Shown here: in pieces, positions 58,659 to 64,000 of the stretch
How positions within the stretch are numbered: position 1 is the stretch's first letter
Layout of the letters: each line of letters opens with the position of its first letter
Source: Candidatus Moraniibacteriota bacterium
GTDB taxonomy: Bacteria; Patescibacteriota; Minisyncoccia; Moranbacterales; UBA2206
Assembly (NCBI GenBank): GCA_037137555.1
Contig: JBAXKA010000001.1
Coordinates: 1,874 to 65,873 of the forward strand
DNA: 64,000 nt
Direction: 5' to 3'
Made by a program: the position numbers and the translations under genes
Notes under the pieces: model-generated
Databases searched by the model: none
Seen by the model: only the letters and a program-made list of their open reading frames with translations
What the model was told of the DNA's origin: nothing

Positions 58659-60035
58659 TTATTTCATTTCCAACTTCCGAATTCTTTCTTCGGCTGTTCG
58701 CAAGGCATCTGACACACTGGAAATACCTTTGTTCACATTATCAATCATCTCGGCAAAAATTGCTTCTGTTGCCACAGGATCAAGTTGCATCCAATTTTTA
58801 GCTGTCAGATTACCTTTGGCAAAAATGCCTAAATCCATATCGGCTTTTTGTTTTTCAATTAAATCTCTTCTGGCGGCTGGTTGTTTAGTTTTTTCCAAAT
58901 ACGCTTCCGCTGCATCTATTGCACTGACTGGTTTTTTTACGACTGTTGTGGCTGAAGTCGCAGCTGTCAGTGACGCTTCAACTTTTGTTGTGAGATAAGT
59001 CAAAAATTTCCAGGCTTCCGCCACACGAATTTCATTTGTGATTGGAGCTGTTGTGCTTCTTGGATCAACTTCAATAATTTTATTGCCAGCCACTGCATAG
59101 CCCCAATAGTTTGCATAATTAACTGGAACACTAAGATTTACTTGCGGAGCATCGGCCACTGCAAAATTTAATTTTGGTGATTTACTTCGAATAACTGGCA
59201 GTTGCCAAGAATAATTTAGCATCATCGCCAGTGTTCCCTCGGAAAAAGCATCAACAGAATAATGTGATTGTGTATTCCAAGAAAAGTTAGGCGCTCCGCT
59301 TGTGGAAAATTGTGTATAAAAATCCAAGGCCTTTGTGGCACCAGCATCATTGCCAAAAGAAACGCGATTACTTGTGTCTCGCAACCTTGCTCCATTTTGT
59401 AGCATCAACATGCCCAAAACATCGGTTGAACGATTGATATTATAGGCCATTCCCATCGCTGCGCCGGAAGGATTGATTTCTCCAACTGCATTAATTTTTG
59501 TAATTTTTTCGGTTATTGCCACAAATTCATCCCAAGTTTTTGGTGGAGCAGTTACACCCGCCGCATTAAATAAATCTCGATTATAATAAAGTGCGAGCGA
59601 ATTAGCTGAAAGTGGCACAGCAAAAACATCACCTTTGGAAACAAAATCATCGGCACAAACATCCACAAAATCTTTGCGAAATTTTTGTTCTGTCAAGATT
59701 GTTTTTGGTGCAGCAACTATCTTATTCGAAAAAGTTGGCAACCAGGTATTGTGAATTAAAAAAATATCTGGTCCTTTGCCTGACGCCAAAGCATCAATCA
59801 AATCTTTTTCATAAGTCTCAATTCTTTGTTTTTTATAGACAATTTCACCAATATTAGGATTTATTTCACGATAACTTTTGAAAATTTCGCCAAAAGTATC
59901 ACTGTCATCAATCGCCCCCCAAACTTCCAGATTGACTTTATATCTATTCACCGTTGGTTTACATCCACAACCAGAAATAGTCAGGAGACCGATAATTAAA
60001 CAGGCTGTCGAAAATAATTTAAATTTAGTTTGCAT
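58659..60035 (-). CDS. Extracellular solute-binding lipoprotein (sugar ABC type)
   Basis: Lipobox-like ISGC, GPDIF, ALYYNRDLF and PPKTWDEF motifs. Confidence 0.85.
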   Translation of the reverse strand: MQTKFKLFSTACLIIGLLTISGCGCKPTVNRYKVNLEVWGAIDDSDTFGEIFKSYREINPNIGEIVYKKQRIETYEKDLIDALASGKGPDIFLIHNTWLPTFSNKIVAAPKTILTEQKFRKDFVDVCADDFVSKGDVFAVPLSANSLALYYNRDLFNAAGVTAPPKTWDEFVAITEKITKINAVGEINPSGAAMGMAYNINRSTDVLGMLMLQNGARLRDTSNRVSFGNDAGATKALDFYTQFSTSGAPNFSWNTQSHYSVDAFSEGTLAMMLNYSWQLPVIRSKSPKLNFAVADAPQVNLSVPVNYANYWGYAVAGNKIIEVDPRSTTAPITNEIRVAEAWKFLTYLTTKVEASLTAATSATTVVKKPVSAIDAAEAYLEKTKQPAARRDLIEKQKADMDLGIFAKGNLTAKNWMQLDPVATEAIFAEMIDNVNKGISSVSDALRTAEERIRKLEMK

Positions 60036-60040
60036 ATTTT

Positions 60041-60634
60041 TTATTTTTCAAAAATTATTCCAAAATGGAAATGACTAATTTCAATTTCTCGCACAATAGT
60101 TAGACCGCAATCTTTGGCTAATTTTAAAATTTCTGTTTTCGAAATACGCAGATCACTAGTTGGACCGAAAGTTGAATCACCCATATTCCATTCGATAACT
60201 AAAACTTTTCCACTTTTTTTCAAAACACGCACGGCTTCTTCAAAAATTAAATTTTTACTTTTATTTTGAAACAGCATATTGACCAAGCACACCAAATCCA
60301 AACTGTCGGCTTCTAATTTTGATCCACCAGTCATTTCTAAGTTCGCTCGCTTAGTCACTACATTATTAAGTCCCAAAATTTTTGCTTCTGATTCGATGGC
60401 TTCTAATTTTTCTTTTAAAATATCCAAAGCATACACCACGCCACTATCCCCCACTTTTTGTGCCAAGGGAAAAGTGAAATAACCAGTGCCTGCTCCGAAA
60501 TCTCCGATTAACATTCCAGTTGTAATTTCCAGCGTATCAATAATTGCTGAAGGATTAATAAATTTCAAGCCAGAAGATGCTTCGTCTGCTCCACCAAAAT
60601 TATTGCCTGTTATTTTTTTTTCTTGTTTTTCCAT
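60041..60634 (-). CDS. Class I SAM-dependent methyltransferase
   Basis: DFGAGTG, VYALDI and LKKSGKV motifs. Confidence 0.85.
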   Translation of the reverse strand: MEKQEKKITGNNFGGADEASSGLKFINPSAIIDTLEITTGMLIGDFGAGTGYFTFPLAQKVGDSGVVYALDILKEKLEAIESEAKILGLNNVVTKRANLEMTGGSKLEADSLDLVCLVNMLFQNKSKNLIFEEAVRVLKKSGKVLVIEWNMGDSTFGPTSDLRISKTEILKLAKDCGLTIVREIEISHFHFGIIFEK

Positions 60635-60762
60635 TTTAGTTTTTTTTAAAAAAATATTTTTTAATTCTCTACTTCTATATATTACAACTAAATTAAAAAA
60701 ACGACAAGCCAGCATAAACTACAGTCTTTACATAAGTTGTTTTTAATGCTAGCTTTAACTAT

Positions 60763-61287
60763 ATGGAGATTATTACAGCTACAATTGAAGCAAACTTATT
60801 TCTGCTATTTATTGTTGTTTTTTTAATTTTAATTTTGGCACTGATTTGGAATATTTTTTTGCATCTGAGATTGCAGAAAATCGAAACTGCCAATGCCATA
60901 TTTTTCAAAGGAGAAAAAGTTATTAACTTAGAAGAGCTACTTCTTGAACAAGCTAAAAATCTCAAAGTGCTCGACAAAGACATTCAAGAACTCTATGCTA
61001 TTTCTAATGAAATAAACAATTTGGCACTCCGTGGTATTCACAAAGTTTCAGCTATTCGTTTTAATCCTTTCAAGGATGTTGGTGGAAATCAAAGCTTCTC
61101 GATTGCGTTATTAAATGGAAAAAATACTGGCATAACAATCACCGCATTATATACAAAAGAAGGCACTCGAGTTTATGCCAAAGCCATCACAGAAGGTGAA
61201 TCAATTAATTTTCCCCTGACAGATGAAGAAAAAATGGCCATCAAAACCGCTCTCCTGCCAGAAGAACCTAAGAAAATAAAAAAATAA
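60763..61287 (+). CDS. DUF4446 family protein
   Basis: N-terminal TM; RFNPFKDVGGNQSFSIALL. Confidence 0.82.
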   Translation: MEIITATIEANLFLLFIVVFLILILALIWNIFLHLRLQKIETANAIFFKGEKVINLEELLLEQAKNLKVLDKDIQELYAISNEINNLALRGIHKVSAIRFNPFKDVGGNQSFSIALLNGKNTGITITALYTKEGTRVYAKAITEGESINFPLTDEEKMAIKTALLPEEPKKIKK

Positions 61288-61339
61288 AAACGGCTTTAAT
61301 AAATTTGTTAAGTTATAACTTCATTAATTTAAAAATATC

Positions 61340-63121
61340 ATGCCAGAAATTGAAAGAAAAAAAGTTATTCTCCCACCATCAGTCACCGTAAAAAAATTCG
61401 GTGAGCTTTTGACAACGCCCGTTAATATTATTATTACCGAGTTAATTAAAAATGGTATTTTTGCTACTATCAATGAAAAGATTGATTTTGAAACGGCTTC
61501 TATTATTGCCAGCGATCTTGGCTTTGATGCAACGGAAGAAGTTTTTGACGCTGGAGACACAATGACTTTGGAAAAATTGCTAGATATTTGCAAAAGTGAA
61601 ATAAATTCAGGAGAAAATCTCAAATCCCGCCCTCCCGTTGTCACAATATTGGGTCATGTTGATCATGGGAAAACAACACTCTTGGACACAATCAGAAAAA
61701 CTAGCGTCGCCATGAAAGAATCTGGCGGAATCACACAACATATTAGCGCCTATCAAGTAAAAAAGAAAGGTCAACTAATCACTTTTATTGACACTCCTGG
61801 TCATGAAGCTTTTTCTGCAATGCGTGAACGCGGAGTTAGTCTCGCTGATATTGCCGTTTTAGTTGTGGCAGCTGATGATGGAGTGCGACCACAAACCAAA
61901 GAAGTAATTGAATATCTTTTGGCAAAAAAAATTCCAGTTGTTGTTGCCATTAATAAAATTGATAAACCGGGTGTTAATATTCAACGAGTCAAACAAGAAT
62001 TGGCCGAAAATGGAATCCTGCTTGAAGAATGGGGTGGACAAGTGCTTTCATCGAAAGTTAGTGCTAAGCAAAATATTGGCATTGATGATCTTTTAGATAA
62101 TATTTTATTGATTGCTGAAGTGGAAGAATTTAAAGCTAATCAAGAACGAACAGCCCTTGGAATAATTCTGGAAGCGCATCTCGATCCACATAAAGGTCCT
62201 GTTTCAACTATCTTAGTCAAAACCGGAATCCTGAAAGAAGGTCAAGATGTTATCGCTGGAAATACTTTTGGACGGGTGCGCCGACTAGAAGATTTTATGG
62301 GAAAAAGAATTGCTCTGGCTTTGCCTGGCACGCCGGTTAGTTTAATTGGTTTGCATGCCACGCCTAATTCTAATGACATTTTGCAAGTTGTAGCTTCAAA
62401 ATCTATTGGTCAAGCGAAATTAAATGAAGCAAAAATATTTTCTCATGCTGAAAGTGGATCAAACCTAAACACAGAAAAAATTTATTCCAGTCTTGCTAAT
62501 GAAAAAATTGCTAAATTAAATATTATTATTAAATCCGATGTCCATGGTTCACTAGAAGCAATCCAACAAATACTGAGCGAAATAAAATCTGACAAAGTTG
62601 CCATTGATTATGTTGGCACTGGCGTTGGTAATATTACGGAATCAGATGTGCGTTTTGCTGGAAGCTCTAAATCAATTATTTTCGGTTTTAATGTTGAAAT
62701 TACTCCGGTTGCCAAAAGAATGGCAGATGCTAGTAATGTCTTGGTGAAAAATTATAAAATTATTTATGAACTAATTGATGATATTAAAGCTCGTCTGATG
62801 GCGATGCTACCTGACGAATTCGAAAGAGAAGATTTTGGCAAAATGAAAGTCCTCGCTATTTTTAAAACTGGGAAAAAAGACATGATTGTTGGCGGAAAAG
62901 TTACGGCTGGTCGCATTGAAAATAATTCTTCTTTGGAAGTGGAAAGAAACGACACGATTATTGGCAAAGGCGTAATGGGCAATTTGCAATCCAATAAAGT
63001 TGATGTTAATGATTGCAAGATGCCAAATGAATGTGGCATTACTTTTATGGGGGAAACAAAAATTAAAGTTGATGATATTTTAATTTCTTTCAGAGAAAGC
63101 CCTAAGAAAAAAGTTTTATAA
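61340..63121 (+). CDS. infB: Translation initiation factor IF-2
   Basis: RPPVVTILGHVDHGKTT, DTPGHEAF and NKID motifs. Confidence 0.97.
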   Translation: MPEIERKKVILPPSVTVKKFGELLTTPVNIIITELIKNGIFATINEKIDFETASIIASDLGFDATEEVFDAGDTMTLEKLLDICKSEINSGENLKSRPPVVTILGHVDHGKTTLLDTIRKTSVAMKESGGITQHISAYQVKKKGQLITFIDTPGHEAFSAMRERGVSLADIAVLVVAADDGVRPQTKEVIEYLLAKKIPVVVAINKIDKPGVNIQRVKQELAENGILLEEWGGQVLSSKVSAKQNIGIDDLLDNILLIAEVEEFKANQERTALGIILEAHLDPHKGPVSTILVKTGILKEGQDVIAGNTFGRVRRLEDFMGKRIALALPGTPVSLIGLHATPNSNDILQVVASKSIGQAKLNEAKIFSHAESGSNLNTEKIYSSLANEKIAKLNIIIKSDVHGSLEAIQQILSEIKSDKVAIDYVGTGVGNITESDVRFAGSSKSIIFGFNVEITPVAKRMADASNVLVKNYKIIYELIDDIKARLMAMLPDEFEREDFGKMKVLAIFKTGKKDMIVGGKVTAGRIENNSSLEVERNDTIIGKGVMGNLQSNKVDVNDCKMPNECGITFMGETKIKVDDILISFRESPKKKVL

Positions 63122-63125
63122 ATTT

Positions 63126-63458
63126 ATGCCCGCCAATCGCCTACCAAAAATTAATGAACTTGTACGGAAATATGTCAACGACATTATTCTCAGAGAACTC
63201 TCGCTCAAGAGCGGAGTTTTTTTGACGATTGCCAAGGTTGACACCAGTCCAGATGTTCGCTATACTCGAGTGTTCATTAGTGTTTTTCCTGAAAGTGAAT
63301 TTGCTTATGCCCTGAAAACGCTAGAAAAAGAACGACACAATATCCAGCTACTTCTCAATCAAAAACTGCGTATTAAACCTTTTCCTCGCCTTGAATTTAG
63401 AAGTGATTTCACGGAAAGCGAAGCGGATAAAATTGAAAAGTTGCTGAAAGAACTCTAG
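63126..63458 (+). CDS. rbfA: Ribosome-binding factor A
   Basis: Follows infB; P.LEF.SD motif. Confidence 0.9.
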   Translation: MPANRLPKINELVRKYVNDIILRELSLKSGVFLTIAKVDTSPDVRYTRVFISVFPESEFAYALKTLEKERHNIQLLLNQKLRIKPFPRLEFRSDFTESEADKIEKLLKEL

Positions 63459-63486
63459 AAAAAATTACTGTTTAGCTTTTTTGCTT

Positions 63487-64000
63487 ATGCCTAAATTTGC
63501 CAAAGAATTTCATACTTTGAATTATGCTATCCGTGGCTCAGAAAATATTTTGCTTTTTGCCCACAGCCGACCTGACGGAGATACTGCCGGATCTGTTTTG
63601 GCGTTGCGAGAATACATACAAGTTTTGGGAAAAAATGTTGATATCGCCTGTTTCGATTCTTTTCCAGATTACTTAAGCTCATTTTCTTCCGTGGCTTTTA
63701 TTCATCCTGACAAACTGGATCTGGGAAAATATAAACTTATTATTGCAGCTGATAGCGTTGAACGCGGTTTTGAAAAAATCCTTCCCCTTATTGATACAGA
63801 AATAATTACGGCTATCGTTGATCATCATCCTGACATCACGATTGCTGGCGACATAACTATTATTGATGCGACTTATTCATCGGTTTGCGAGATGGTTTAT
63901 GATTTTTTTATTTCCAATAAAATTGAAATCACCAGAGAAATGTCTATTTTTTTAATGCTCGGCATTATTGCTGACACGGGCATATTACAACATTCCAACA
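63487..64000 (+). CDS. nrnA: DHH family oligoribonuclease/PAP phosphatase, runs off window end
   Basis: Manual translation MPKFAKEF...HSRPDGDTAGS...VDHH...GIIADTG. Confidence 0.88.
   Translation, partial: MPKFAKEFHTLNYAIRGSENILLFAHSRPDGDTAGSVLALREYIQVLGKNVDIACFDSFPDYLSSFSSVAFIHPDKLDLGKYKLIIAADSVERGFEKILPLIDTEIITAIVDHHPDITIAGDITIIDATYSSVCEMVYDFFISNKIEITREMSIFLMLGIIADTGILQHSN

Noticed and set aside
1-64000. Alternative genetic code (UGA=Gly)
   Set aside because: Conserved genes are full length under code 11, and several genes end at TGA.

Overview
AT-rich bacterial chromosome segment whose gene set points to a Patescibacteria/CPR organism, Parcubacteria-like (inference from the type IV pilus operon, multiple VirB2/TrbC-like pilins, AAA+/DUF4143 ATPases and mostly SD-less core genes). 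The housekeeping backbone comprises glyQS (partial), rlmN, mreB, murA, two tRNAs, gyrA, ftsW, trmD, khpA, rfbA, tatD, metG, rsmI, pilMNOBTC, infB, rbfA and nrnA (partial). It is interrupted by many small accessory cassettes: a RAYT transposase plus a remnant, a decayed IS, a GH5 glycoside hydrolase, RhuM-Fic, an EcoRI-type MTase with DUF262-HNH, a PabI-like restriction glycosylase with MTase, MNT-HEPN pairs, three AAA+ ATPases, AbiEi/AbiEii and a BRO-N gene. Two signals stand out. (1) A small GIY-YIG nuclease abuts an array of hairpin repeats that share an asymmetric TGAGCnnGTCGAA core in both orientations with covarying arms. (2) Defence cassettes are stacked between exact short direct repeats made of promoter, start-codon or terminator sequence: a 51-bp trmD 5' duplication, a 21-bp promoter duplication and a 51-bp MNT promoter duplication. 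No integrase is visible, which suggests an integrase-independent cassette-stacking process. All calls were made by eye from motifs; no database search was run.
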